Shown here: positions 32,725 through 42,465 of the stretch, one piece after another
How positions within the stretch are numbered: position 1 is the first letter of the stretch
Layout: every line of letters begins with the position of its first letter
Origin: an uncultured Chloroflexia bacterium
Lineage (GTDB): Bacteria > Chloroflexota > Limnocylindria > QHBO01
Direction: 5' to 3'
Assembly (NCBI GenBank): GCA_963814375.1
Contig: CAWFCQ010000006.1
Span: 528-64,527 of the forward strand
DNA: 64,000 bases
Made by a program: the position numbers and the translations under genes
Notes under the pieces: model-generated
Database searches by the model: none
What the model was told of the DNA's origin: nothing
Seen by the model: the letters and a program-made list of their open reading frames with translations, nothing else

Positions 32725-33489
32725 TCAGGCGGGAGACTCGCGATCGACCGTGTCGTAGGTATCGTTGATGGCGTCGGCGGCCTGGTCGGCCGCATTGTCG
32801 GCGACCTCCCCCGTGGCTGAGCCGATCTCCGTTGCCGAGTCGGCGGCGGCGTCGGTCAGCGAGGCGGACGCGTCCTCGGCACCCTCGACCACGCCGGTCA
32901 CATCCTGGGCGTCGGGCAGTCCGTTGGTCTCCTCCTCGCGCTGGAAGATCGGGACCCACTCCTCCTTGGCCTTCGTGGCGATCTCCTCCGCCCGCTCGCC
33001 GAGCTCGCGGCGCATCTCCTCCCCGCGTCGCGGGGCGGTCAGCAGGGCCACGATCGCCCCGGCCGCGACTCCCACCAGGAGGCCGAGGAAGAAGGCGCCC
33101 CAGTGACGCTCCTCGCGCTCCTTCAGGCCGAGCCGGACCGCAGCGTCATCGACGAGCTCTGGCACCGCGGCGCTGGCGGCGCCCACGGCGATGACCCGGC
33201 GCTTCCACAGGTCCCGGACCGTCGGCAGGAGTGAGCGACGCCACCACTTCCCGGCGTCGTCGGCTGCGTGAGCCAGGCTCTTGGCGACGTCGCGCCGCAT
33301 CGGGCGCGAGTCGCGCCACGCTTCCTCGGCGAATTTTTCGACCTCGGCGCCGCGCTCGGCGACCGCGGCAGCCACGTCATGGCCGCGGTCGGCCAGCTCC
33401 TTGGTGAATCGTGCGTCGATCAATCGGTCGATGAGGGCCTGGAAGTTCTCGCTGATGTCATCGGCCGTTCGCGCCGGGCCTGTCGGCAT
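32725..33489 (-). CDS. YtxH-like stress protein (one TM, charged flanks)
   Basis: Reading from MPTGPART. Central TM is FFLGLLVGVAAGAIVALL, followed by APRRGEEMRRELGERAEE. Confidence 0.6.
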   Translation of the reverse strand: MPTGPARTADDISENFQALIDRLIDARFTKELADRGHDVAAAVAERGAEVEKFAEEAWRDSRPMRRDVAKSLAHAADDAGKWWRRSLLPTVRDLWKRRVIAVGAASAAVPELVDDAAVRLGLKEREERHWGAFFLGLLVGVAAGAIVALLTAPRRGEEMRRELGERAEEIATKAKEEWVPIFQREEETNGLPDAQDVTGVVEGAEDASASLTDAAADSATEIGSATGEVADNAADQAADAINDTYDTVDRESPA

Positions 33490-33603
33490 CGTGGGTCTCC
33501 TCTGGTTGCGGCCGCTGCGGGGTGCAGGAAGTATGCCACCGACACCGGCGGTCCCCAAGCCCTTCCATCGGCTCCGGAGGTTGGGCGACCCTATACTCGG
33601 CCG

Positions 33604-34695
33604 ATGATCGCGACCGAGGTGGACGGCTTCCTCAGCCTCGGCCAGCCAACGGCGCGCAGGATCGCGCGCCGCCGCGGATTGACCGCGACGCTCCTCGTCC
33701 ACGGCCCATCCGGCTCGGGCAAGAAGGCCTTCGTGGATGACCTGCTGGCCATGGCCTTCTGCACCGACGCCGATGCGGGCCGACGGCCCTGCAACGCATG
33801 CCGGGGCTGCCGCGACGCGCGCTCCCGCTCCCATCCCGACCTGGTCGTGGGGTCACCGGAGCTCTGGCGCGAGCGTCGCTCGACGGGGGAGACCATCGTC
33901 TCCGTCGCCCGCCGCTGGCTCCTGGAGGCAGCGGGCGCGCCGGTGGTGGCTTCGCGCCGGATCGTCCTGATCGAGCACGCCGACGGGTCGAACGAGCAGG
34001 TGCAGAACGCCATGCTGAAGGCGCTCGAGGAGCCGACCGATCGGCACACGTTCATCCTCGTCGCCGACGAGCCAACCCGGCTGCTGCCGACCATTCGCTC
34101 TCGGTGCCAGCCCCTGCGGATTGGTCCTGTGCCGCGCGCGGAGCTGGTGGCATTCCTGATGGACCGGCACAGCCTGCCGGCGGACCAGGCCGAGACGCTG
34201 GCGCGCCTCGCGAATGGCCATGCCGGCACGGCGATCAGGTACGTCGATCGCACCGACCTGCTGGACTGGCGGCGCCGTGTCCAGTCGCAGCTCCTGGCGC
34301 TTCTCGACAGCGGCAGGGCCGAGCGGTTCGGCGAGGTGGCGGACCTTCTGGACGATGCGGCCCGTCTCCATGCCCTCGCCCCGCCTCCCGAGGATGACGA
34401 GGCTGAGGGCTCGCGCACGCCTGGCTCGGTCCAGCGCGCCGCGGCGACCCTCGTCGTCGGGGCGTGGCTCGACCTGACCCGTGATCTGATCGTCGCGAGC
34501 GCGGCCCGGCCCGAGCTGGCGCCGGGGACCGAGCTCGGGCCAGAGCTGGTGCGGGCCGGCGAGCGCATCGGACCGGCTGCCCTGGCGGACATGGCACGCC
34601 TGCTCGAGCGGATCCACGACGGGCTCGGCGAGAACGCCGCGCCACGCTTGGCGCTCGAGCGAGCGATGCTCGCCTGGCCACAGCCGCAACGGTGA
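33604..34695 (+). CDS. holB: DNA polymerase III delta-prime subunit
   Basis: LLVHGPSGSGKK, C..C..C zinc motif, NAMLKALEEP, TIRSRCQ. Confidence 0.8.
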   Translation: MIATEVDGFLSLGQPTARRIARRRGLTATLLVHGPSGSGKKAFVDDLLAMAFCTDADAGRRPCNACRGCRDARSRSHPDLVVGSPELWRERRSTGETIVSVARRWLLEAAGAPVVASRRIVLIEHADGSNEQVQNAMLKALEEPTDRHTFILVADEPTRLLPTIRSRCQPLRIGPVPRAELVAFLMDRHSLPADQAETLARLANGHAGTAIRYVDRTDLLDWRRRVQSQLLALLDSGRAERFGEVADLLDDAARLHALAPPPEDDEAEGSRTPGSVQRAAATLVVGAWLDLTRDLIVASAARPELAPGTELGPELVRAGERIGPAALADMARLLERIHDGLGENAAPRLALERAMLAWPQPQR

Positions 34696-34976
34696 CGGAG
34701 GAGAGGCTCTCGGCGCGGATCACCGGCCGCGTCCAGGGGGTGGGCTTTCGCTGGTGGGTGCGGCGCCACGCGGGTGAGCTCGGATTGACGGGCTGGGTCA
34801 TGAACGCCGACGAGGAGGGCGCTGTCGAGCTCGTGGCCGAGGGGGCACCCGCTGCACTGTCCGAGCTCGAGCGAATGCTGCGGTCCGGGCCGGACGGGGC
34901 GCGAGTCGCGTCGGTCGAGGCCAGGCGCAGCGCGGCCAGCGGCGAGTTCGACGGCTTCGGGATCGTTCGGCCGTGA
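34692..34976 (+). CDS. acyP: acylphosphatase
   Basis: 94-aa ORF: ITGRVQGVGFRWWV...GWV.N...G.VE. Confidence 0.85.
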   Translation: MTEERLSARITGRVQGVGFRWWVRRHAGELGLTGWVMNADEEGAVELVAEGAPAALSELERMLRSGPDGARVASVEARRSAASGEFDGFGIVRP

Positions 34977-35317
34977 GCGGAAGGGCCATCGGCTGTGGCG
35001 CCCTGGGGGCCGCGGCATTCGTGGCCATCGCCCTCTTCGCCGTCTTCCGTGCCGGCGCGCCGGACGAATGCCCCGACCTCCTTCCATATGAACCGGCGTC
35101 GTATGAGCCGGTCGGCGCCCCGACCGACACGCCCGTGCTCGAGGGCATCGATGAGCCGCTCGTGGAAGCCGGTCGCGCCGCCTTCGGCCTGGCGAGCTGG
35201 CCGGTCTGGGTCGAATCGGAACGGCTCCCCACGGCAAGCGGCGAGCCGCTGCCCCAGCGCATCGTGCTCGACTGCGGGGATGGCACATTCCAGGCATATC
35301 AGCGAGGGACCGGATGA
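34973..35317 (+). CDS. small exported/anchored hypothetical protein
   Basis: 114-aa ORF with an N-terminal hydrophobic segment. It overlaps both neighbours by 4 nt. Confidence 0.5.
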   Translation: MSGRAIGCGALGAAAFVAIALFAVFRAGAPDECPDLLPYEPASYEPVGAPTDTPVLEGIDEPLVEAGRAAFGLASWPVWVESERLPTASGEPLPQRIVLDCGDGTFQAYQRGTG

Positions 35318-36228
35318 CGCGGCGGCCGATCCACGTACTAGTCAATCCCACGGCCGGCGGCAAGCCCGGGTCGGGCTCGGAGCTCGACGCCGATTCCGAC
35401 CGCCTCGAGCCGGAGGCGCTCGCCGATGTGCTGCGCGGCCTTGGCCTCGATGTCTCCGTCGACGAGCTGGGGCCGGACGACGATGCCGCGGCGATCGCGC
35501 GACGCCAAGCTGACGACGGGAGCGACATCGTCGTGGCGGGTGGCGACGGGACCGTATCGGTGGTGGCGGCTGCGCTCGTCGGGCACGCCGATGCGACCCT
35601 CGGCATCCTGGCGACCGGCAGCTACAACAACATGGCGCGCGGGTACGGCATCCCGCTGGAGCTCGACGCCGCGATGGAGGTGATCGGGACGGGCCGGGCC
35701 CGCCAGGTCGACTGCGGATGGGTGGTCCAGGAAGACGGAGGACGGCCGTTCTTCGAGGCAGCCGGGGTCGGCATCGACGCGATCGGCTTCATCGCGGTCG
35801 AGCTCGCCGAGCGACACGGCTGGTTGCGCGCGGCGCGCGGCCTGTGGCGGGGCCTGAAGATCCGTCGCACGCCGATGCGGATCACCATCGACGACCGTGT
35901 GTATCGGACCGGCTCGCCGGCCGTCACGGTGAGCAACGGCCCGTTCCACGGTCCCGGCTTCGCGGTCCCGGCGGACGCGGATCCGACCGATGGCCGCCTC
36001 GACGTCGCGGTCTTCCACGGAATGAGCCGCCTCGAGGTCATCCGCCATTTCGCCGCGGTCGCACGCCGCCGCGAGCGGCCCGAGCCGCGAATCGTTCAGT
36101 ATCGAGCGGCTCGTGTCACGATCGAGGGCACGCGCCGGTCGCTGCTTGCCCACGCGGACGGTGAGAGCATCGGGATGACGCCGGTCACCTTCGAAATTCG
36201 TCCGGGAGCCCTTCGAATCTTCCGCTGA
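35314..36228 (+). CDS. diacylglycerol/lipid kinase family protein (YegS/DagK-like)
   Basis: NPTAGG...VVAGGDGTV...LGILATGSYNN. Confidence 0.8.
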   Translation: MTRRPIHVLVNPTAGGKPGSGSELDADSDRLEPEALADVLRGLGLDVSVDELGPDDDAAAIARRQADDGSDIVVAGGDGTVSVVAAALVGHADATLGILATGSYNNMARGYGIPLELDAAMEVIGTGRARQVDCGWVVQEDGGRPFFEAAGVGIDAIGFIAVELAERHGWLRAARGLWRGLKIRRTPMRITIDDRVYRTGSPAVTVSNGPFHGPGFAVPADADPTDGRLDVAVFHGMSRLEVIRHFAAVARRRERPEPRIVQYRAARVTIEGTRRSLLAHADGESIGMTPVTFEIRPGALRIFR

Positions 36229-36246
36229 TCGCGACCGCGCCGCCGC

Positions 36247-37266
36247 CTACAGGTTCAGGGCCGGTCGGAAGAGGCGGTCGTAGGTGGCGAGCGCGAAGCG
36301 ATCGGTCATTCCGGCGATGTAATCCGCCGCCTGCGTCTGCGGCGTGGCCTCGTCCTGGCGGTACGAGTCCGGGATCTCGTCGGGATGCTCGAGGTGCCAG
36401 TCCATCAGGTCGCGGATGACGGCGATGGCGCGGCGTTGCTGTCGAAGCTGGTCGGGCGCCTCGTAGACGCGCGCGAACATGAAGTCGCGCAGCTCGTTCA
36501 TGACCGCGAGCGTCGGCTCGTCCATGCGGACCGATCCGGTCCGCAGCGACTCGTCGATGACGGCGTTGATCATGGCGCTGATCCACTCTCGGCCGGGCTC
36601 ACCGAACCGCTCGATCACCTCCGGCGGGAACGAGTCGGGCGCGAGCACCCCGGCGCGCAGCGCATCGAGCGCGTCGTGCGCAAGGTAGGCGATGCGATCC
36701 GCGAACCGAACACAGAAGGATTCGGGCGTGGTCGGCGGTGGCTCGATCTTCCAGCTGTGAGCCCGGATGCCATCGCGCACTTCCCACGTCAGGTTCGCGT
36801 CCTCCAGCACCTCCCATATCCGGACGCTCTGGGCCGCGTGGTGCCAGCCGTCGGGGTCGAAGTACGGCGAGAGTGCTTCCTCTCCCGTGTGCCCGAACGG
36901 CGAGTGCCCGACGTCGTGGCCGAGCGCAATCGCCTCCGCCAAGGGCTCGTTCAGGCTGAGGGCCGCGGCGAGCGACCGCGCCACCTGGGTCACCTGCATC
37001 GTGTGTGTCAGGCGAGTGACGTAGTGGTCGCCCTCCGGGTTGAGGAAGACCTGGGTCTTGTGCTTCAGCCGCCGGAAGGCCTTGGAGTGGATGATCCGAT
37101 CCCGGTCGCGCTCGAACGCCGTCCGGTACGGATCCGGCTCCTCGGCGCGCTCACGCCCGCGCGACCGCGTCGACCGAGTGGCGGCAGGGCTGAGGCGCTC
37201 CTCATCGTGCTCGCGTGCGACCCGATCCCGCCGTCGGAGCTCAGACCCGGTCGCGATTTCCTGCAT
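36247..37266 (-). CDS. dGTPase-like HD-domain triphosphohydrolase
   Basis: Reading from MQEIATG: F.RDRDRIIHSKAFRRL..KTQVF...THTMQV...GHDVGHSPFGH. Confidence 0.85.
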   Translation of the reverse strand: MQEIATGSELRRRDRVAREHDEERLSPAATRSTRSRGRERAEEPDPYRTAFERDRDRIIHSKAFRRLKHKTQVFLNPEGDHYVTRLTHTMQVTQVARSLAAALSLNEPLAEAIALGHDVGHSPFGHTGEEALSPYFDPDGWHHAAQSVRIWEVLEDANLTWEVRDGIRAHSWKIEPPPTTPESFCVRFADRIAYLAHDALDALRAGVLAPDSFPPEVIERFGEPGREWISAMINAVIDESLRTGSVRMDEPTLAVMNELRDFMFARVYEAPDQLRQQRRAIAVIRDLMDWHLEHPDEIPDSYRQDEATPQTQAADYIAGMTDRFALATYDRLFRPALNL

Positions 37267-37336
37267 CGGTCGATGATGGCATCTGGCGCGGGTTGCGCGA
37301 TGACGGACAATCCGTCCACTGGGGGCACCTCGGAGG

Positions 37337-38038
37337 ATGCGTCGCGTGGCTGACCTCGAAGACCAGCTCATCTCGGGCGAGAAGGTCGTGCTCTCGACCG
37401 GGAAGCATTGGTGGGCTCCGGTGGCCGATTCGAAGTGGGCCATCCTCCTCGTCCTGGCGGCCCTCCTGGCCGCCTGGCTCCAGTGGGACGCGACCGACGG
37501 GATCGCCGGGTTCCTCAACCGGATCCTGCAATCGCTCCAGCTGGGATTCTTCCTCGTCGCCCTGGGGTGGATCGCGTACAACGTCGTCGCCTGGCGGACC
37601 GCCGAATATCACGTGACGAACCGTCGAGTGCTCGGGCATGACGGGCTCATCCGCAGCCGCTCGACCGACACGCTGCTGAGCTCCGTGTCGGACGTGAAGA
37701 CCCTTCTTCCCGCCATGGGTCGCATGCTCGGCTACGGGACGATCCGGATCGTCACCGCCTCCGGTGACGCGGGCACCGATACCTTCACCACGGTGAAGGG
37801 CGTAGAGGCTTTCAAGAAGGAGATCCTCGAGCAGAAGTCCGGCACAGCAGCCAATGCACCGGCCGAGCCGATCGCGGCAGCCGCCCCGCCGCCTGCCCGG
37901 CCGCCAGCTGCGCCCGCCCAACCTTCTGCTGACCAGCTCACAGCGACGCTTGGTGAGCTTGCCAAGCTCCGCGATGCCGGAGCGATCAGCGAGGCCGAGT
38001 TCGACGCCAAGAAGGCGGAGCTCCTCAGCCGCATCTGA
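37337..38038 (+). CDS. bacterial PH (YdbS/DUF304-like) membrane protein with C-terminal SHOCT domain
   Basis: Two TM segments plus YHVTNRRVL...G.I.I. The tail LGELAKLRDAGAISEAEFDAKKAELLSRI is SHOCT-like. Confidence 0.7.
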   Translation: MRRVADLEDQLISGEKVVLSTGKHWWAPVADSKWAILLVLAALLAAWLQWDATDGIAGFLNRILQSLQLGFFLVALGWIAYNVVAWRTAEYHVTNRRVLGHDGLIRSRSTDTLLSSVSDVKTLLPAMGRMLGYGTIRIVTASGDAGTDTFTTVKGVEAFKKEILEQKSGTAANAPAEPIAAAAPPPARPPAAPAQPSADQLTATLGELAKLRDAGAISEAEFDAKKAELLSRI

Positions 38039-38042
38039 GGCG

Positions 38043-39635
38043 GTGCCGCGACCGCCGATCCCGACCGTCCTGAGCGACCTCTGGCTCGATCCCCGTGCGT
38101 TTCGCGTCCTGCTCGTCGCGGTGCTGTCGATGGGCGCAGCCGGGCTCAATCCGATCGTCACGTCGCCGAACCTCGCCAGCGTCCAGTCGCTGATCCGGGC
38201 GCAGCCTGAGATCAACGCCCTCGTCATCCTCATCACGCTGATCAGCGGCGGCCTTCTCTTCGTGGGCGGAGTCCTCGGAGACACCGATGGACGCAGAGGG
38301 ATCCTCCTCGGCGCCTTGGCACTCCTCGCGTCCATGAGCGTCGTCGGGCTGGTGACGGGCGACGGGCCGCTCTTCACCGCTTCCCGTCTCGCTGGCGGAG
38401 CCGCCGCCTACGCCGTCGTGCCGTTCGCGCTGGCCCTCGTCGCGACCACGTACGACGGGGCGGTGCGGGCGACGGCGATCGGCATCGTGTACGCGGCGTA
38501 CGCCGGCGCCACCGCGGTCACGCCCGTCCTGCTCACGATCCTGGGTCCTGGCGGCCCGACCTGGCCGGCGTTCCTGGCGTCGGCGGTCGTGGCCACCGCC
38601 GCGCTGTGGTTCGCGCGATCGCGCACCCCGAACCTCCCGGCGGCGATGCGCACCGACCGACCCTACGTGATCGCCACGGCCGTCTGGGCATTCGCCTTCG
38701 TCGTCATCGCTGCCGGTCTCGTCGATGTCGGAAACCGCCTCGCGGGAGGGCTGCGCCTGGGCCTCGTCGCGGCCGGGCTGGCGATGATCGGCGCGTACGC
38801 GATCTGGGACCGGCGGATGAAGGCACGGTCCGGGCCGCAACCGCACCGGGTGGAGCGCCGTCCGGTCGCGATCGCGGTCGCGGTCGGGGTGATCGTCGCC
38901 TTCGCCCAGGCCGCCCCGCTCTTCCAGCTCACGATCTTCTTCAACCTGATCCTCGGCTACGGCGCGGTGTGGGCGGCGATCGCCACGGCCCCATTCATCC
39001 TCGCCCTGGTCGCGGCCGGACCGGTCGCCGGGCTGCTGCTGGCCCGATTCAAGCCGCGGACGCTCGTGGCCGGCGGCCTCGCCGCGGTCGGGCTCGGCAA
39101 CATCGTCGCCGCGGCGCTCATCGGCCAGGACGTCTGGTATCTCGCGATGATCCTGCCGCTCGTTCTCATCGGCGCGGGGTTCGTCCTGGCCACCACCATC
39201 CGGACGGCGATCATCTTCGCCAGCGTCTCGGGCAGCCTGCCGGCAACGGCTGCCGCCCTCAACGAGGCGTCGCTCCTCGTCGGCACCAGGATCGGCCTGG
39301 CGGCGCTCACCGCCCTCATCACGCAGCGGGCCCTCGATATCTACGCAGCGTCCCTGGGCACGTCGGATCCCGCCGCGGTGGCCGCCTTCCGCGACGTCCT
39401 CATCGCCATCGGCACGCCGGGGATCTACCAGATCGCCGAGCTGCTCGATCCGTCCGACCTCGCGGCATACATCAGCGCCTTCCTCGAGGCCTACCGGCAG
39501 AGCCTCTTTGGAGTCGGGCTCGTGGCGGTCGTCGCGGCCGTGATCGCCTGGCTCGGGCTTGGCGCACGGGATCCGCTGACGACGGTCTGGGACCATCGCG
39601 ACGAGCGGACGCCCGTCGAGGCGTCGCCGAGCTGA
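38043..39635 (+). CDS. MFS transporter (about 14 TM)
   Basis: Long hydrophobic ORF from GTG 38043, with LGDTDGRR-type loop motifs. Confidence 0.75.
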   Translation: MPRPPIPTVLSDLWLDPRAFRVLLVAVLSMGAAGLNPIVTSPNLASVQSLIRAQPEINALVILITLISGGLLFVGGVLGDTDGRRGILLGALALLASMSVVGLVTGDGPLFTASRLAGGAAAYAVVPFALALVATTYDGAVRATAIGIVYAAYAGATAVTPVLLTILGPGGPTWPAFLASAVVATAALWFARSRTPNLPAAMRTDRPYVIATAVWAFAFVVIAAGLVDVGNRLAGGLRLGLVAAGLAMIGAYAIWDRRMKARSGPQPHRVERRPVAIAVAVGVIVAFAQAAPLFQLTIFFNLILGYGAVWAAIATAPFILALVAAGPVAGLLLARFKPRTLVAGGLAAVGLGNIVAAALIGQDVWYLAMILPLVLIGAGFVLATTIRTAIIFASVSGSLPATAAALNEASLLVGTRIGLAALTALITQRALDIYAASLGTSDPAAVAAFRDVLIAIGTPGIYQIAELLDPSDLAAYISAFLEAYRQSLFGVGLVAVVAAVIAWLGLGARDPLTTVWDHRDERTPVEASPS

Positions 39636-39750
39636 ACGCGGCCGCCGGGCATCGCGCGGTGGGAGGGCGCTGGGTGCGGCCCAGTTCGACTAGATTCTGG
39701 GCGATGAGCGAATTCATGGATTTCGACGCGGGCGCTCGGCACGCATCAGC

Positions 39751-40263
39751 GTGCTGATGGATCCGCTCGACTCGGCCGAGCCGCCGGCTGAACCCGCGAA
39801 GGGCCAAGGGCCCCTGGCCCGCGTCATCAGCCGATTCATGAGCGACCCTTCCTCGGGCCGGAACGCCATCCTCCTGATCGTCGTCGCGACGATCGTGACG
39901 GTGCTCATCGGTGGCGTTCTCGTCTGGGTGCTGGACCGGCCCGAGTTCGCGGACCTGGGCGAGGCATTCTGGTTCGCCCTTCAGACGGTCACGACGGTGG
40001 GGTACGGCGACGTCACGCCGGAAGATCCACGCGGACGCTTCGTCGGCGCGGGACTCATGCTCCTCGGGATCGCGTTTCTCAGCGTCCTCACTGCGTCGAT
40101 CACGTCGTCGTTCATCGAGGCGCGCCAGGCCGAACGGCGTGGTCGCCAGGCCGCCGAGGAAGCGGCCAACCAGCGACGCCTCGAGGTACGTCTCGACGCC
40201 CTGATCGAGCGGCTCGATCGCCTGGAGGAGTTGGAGCGCAGAGAGCCCGATCGCGGATCGTGA
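39751..40263 (+). CDS. 2-TM potassium channel (KcsA-like) with coiled-coil tail
   Basis: Selectivity filter TVGYGD in ALQTVTTVGYGDVTP. Start is GTG 39751 or ATG 39757. Confidence 0.85.
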   Translation: MLMDPLDSAEPPAEPAKGQGPLARVISRFMSDPSSGRNAILLIVVATIVTVLIGGVLVWVLDRPEFADLGEAFWFALQTVTTVGYGDVTPEDPRGRFVGAGLMLLGIAFLSVLTASITSSFIEARQAERRGRQAAEEAANQRRLEVRLDALIERLDRLEELERREPDRGS

Positions 40264-40444
40264 CAATGGGCTCGGCCGAGCCTCTGCGGTCCATTGTCGA
40301 GGCCGATTCGTGCGCAGGATTTCGCGGTGCGGTAGCCGATGCCGTGAGAGGATGGCCCCGGAGCACAACAGCAGCACGGCGGCAGCGTCGACGACGCCGC
40401 TGACCGGCCGCCTCCAACAACCGAGCGTGGGAGAAAACTCTGAC

Positions 40445-40858
40445 ATGAAAAATCCACCGATTCTCATCTCTGTCATCGGCTTCTTCGGGTTGCTGGCCGG
40501 GCTCGCCTGGCTCTTCCTGGGCCTCAGAATCCTCGGGTTCGATTGGTTCACGATGCTTGGCGATGTCAGCGAGTTCGAGCAGTCCGGTCTCTGGGGCTGG
40601 CTCGCGATCTTCGCCGGGATTGCATGGATCGCCGCCGCGGCCGGTCTCTGGGCGCTGCAGCCCTGGGCCTGGACGTTCGCGATGATCGTCGCGGGGATCG
40701 CCCTCTTCGAGGCGTTCCTCTACTTCCTCGAGTATCCCGGCTCCGGGCTGGGCCTCGGGATGTCGCTCCTGCCTCTCGTGATCCTGTTCTACCTCAACAG
40801 CGCAGAGGTCAAGGCAGCGTTCAGCCTCAACGAGCCTGAAGCTCCCGAGCTGAGCTGA
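40445..40858 (+). CDS. small membrane protein, unknown function
   Basis: ATG 40445 after a GGGAG RBS. Four hydrophobic helices. Confidence 0.6.
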   Translation: MKNPPILISVIGFFGLLAGLAWLFLGLRILGFDWFTMLGDVSEFEQSGLWGWLAIFAGIAWIAAAAGLWALQPWAWTFAMIVAGIALFEAFLYFLEYPGSGLGLGMSLLPLVILFYLNSAEVKAAFSLNEPEAPELS

Positions 40859-40949
40859 TCGGGGCGGTCCTGCTCGCGTCGGAACTGCTGACGCCAGCGG
40901 GACCGCACTCAAACCCCGGCGGGCACGAAGCCCGGTTGATAACGCGCCG

Positions 40950-41561
40950 TCAGCCGGCGGTCCCGAACGTCGCGCGGCCGGCCGGTCGATAGGTCTGGAT
41001 CGTCACGCCTGACGGCGTGAATCGCGACTCGACGAGCGTCAGGTTGTGCGTCTGTCCCTGCTCCGGGAACAGCCGCAGCCCGCCGCCCACCACGACGGGG
41101 TAGAGCTGCAGGTAGAGCTCGTCGACAAGGTCGCGCTCGAGCAGCCACCGGAGCAGGTCGCCGCTGCCATGGACCTGGAGCTCGCGCCCGGGCTTCGCCT
41201 TGAGCTCGCGGACCGCCGCATCGACGTCACCCTCGATGACGTGGGTGTTCTGCCACGTCGGGTCGGTGAGCGTGGTCGAGGGCACGTACTTGGGCAGGAT
41301 GTTGATCCCGTGGGAGACCGGGTCGCCCTCGTCGTGCTGCGGCCAGTACGCCTCCCAGATCTCCCAGGTCTTGCGTCCGAGCAGCAACGCGTCCGCACGC
41401 TCGAACACCGAGGTTATGAACTCCCCGGTCTCCTTGTCGAAGAGCGGAGCGACCCAGCCGCCGCGATCGAACCCGCCGCGGCGGTCCTCGTCGGGGCCTC
41501 CGGGGCCCTGGTACACGCCGTCCACGCTCAGCATCATCGTGGCGGTCAGCTTCATGGTCAT
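40950..41561 (-). CDS. dihydrofolate reductase-family protein (RibD C-terminal domain type)
   Basis: 203-aa ORF: MMLSVDGV...LLLGRKTWE...VHGSGDL...L.DEL.L...PVV.GGG. Confidence 0.8.
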   Translation of the reverse strand: MTMKLTATMMLSVDGVYQGPGGPDEDRRGGFDRGGWVAPLFDKETGEFITSVFERADALLLGRKTWEIWEAYWPQHDEGDPVSHGINILPKYVPSTTLTDPTWQNTHVIEGDVDAAVRELKAKPGRELQVHGSGDLLRWLLERDLVDELYLQLYPVVVGGGLRLFPEQGQTHNLTLVESRFTPSGVTIQTYRPAGRATFGTAG

Positions 41562-41641
41562 CCTCCCAGCGAGCGATCGTCGACGGTGAGACTACCGTTC
41601 AGACGGAGACTCATCGGCGAGCGGCCGAGAGATGGAGGAAC

Positions 41642-41718
41642 TGGCGCGCCCGACAGGATTCGAACCTGCGACCTTCGGCTCCGGAGGCCGACGCTCTATC
41701 CACTGAGCTACAGGCGCC
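41642..41718 (-). tRNA. tRNA-Arg: tRNA-Arg (anticodon CCG), CCA encoded
   Basis: Minus strand reads GGCGCCTGTAGCTCAGTGGATAGAGCGTCGGCCTCCGGAGCCGAAGGTCGCAGGTTCGAATCCTGTCGGGCGCGCCA. It forms a cloverleaf with anticodon loop CU-CCG-GA. Confidence 0.9.
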
Positions 41719-42020
41719 CTGATTTCGCGGAAGCCGACGCTGAATCTGAGCACGATTCCGGCGTTTCGGCTTGTCTGGTAGACCACTTTGGAGCGGTGGC
41801 GCTAGGGTCTTAGAACGTAAGCCCCGACCCGCTTTCAAGGGAAGCCGGGACCCACTTCGTGGAGGCCATAGATGGCTATCCGCTCCAACCCGTAGCGTAC
41901 CCGACGCTGCCCGCAAGGGCCAGCGACACGCCGCCCTGTGTGTGTGGGGTCGCCATTGCCAAGGCCAGATGACCAACAGCGGGCGGACCCGCAGGTCCTG
42001 CGCCAAAGGAGAACCTCTCA

Positions 42021-42422
42021 ATGGCGAAATCGCGCAAGCCAAGCGCGTCACGAAAACCGCCCGAGCCGTCGGATAGCCACTCGAAGATCGAGGACTGGAT
42101 CCGGAGCGTGATGCCGGATCTCCATCCTGTCGTCCAGCGGCTCGACGAACTCATCCGCGAGACGATCCCCGGGCTTCAGTACGCCATCAAGTGGAAGCAG
42201 GCGTACTACGGGTTGCCAGAACTCGGGTGGATGATTGAAATCGTCGCCTATGACGTCTCCGTGAACGTCGTTTTCCTTGGCGGCGCGGACTTCGACTCTC
42301 CGCCCCCGCTTGGAGACACCGACAGGAGCCGATACGTCAAGGTGAAGACGCTGGAGGATGTGCAGCGACGAGAGATGCACGAGTGGATCGATCAAGCCGG
42401 GCGTGTGGCGGGGTGGAAGTGA
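42021..42422 (+). CDS. DUF1801 (YdhG-like) domain protein
   Basis: 133-aa ORF: ...IPGLQYAIKWKQAYYG...VNVVFLGG. AAGGAG RBS. Confidence 0.7.
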   Translation: MAKSRKPSASRKPPEPSDSHSKIEDWIRSVMPDLHPVVQRLDELIRETIPGLQYAIKWKQAYYGLPELGWMIEIVAYDVSVNVVFLGGADFDSPPPLGDTDRSRYVKVKTLEDVQRREMHEWIDQAGRVAGWK

Positions 42423-42465
42423 CGGTCGGCAGACCTGTGGCGTTAATGACAGGTGCAGGCATGGC

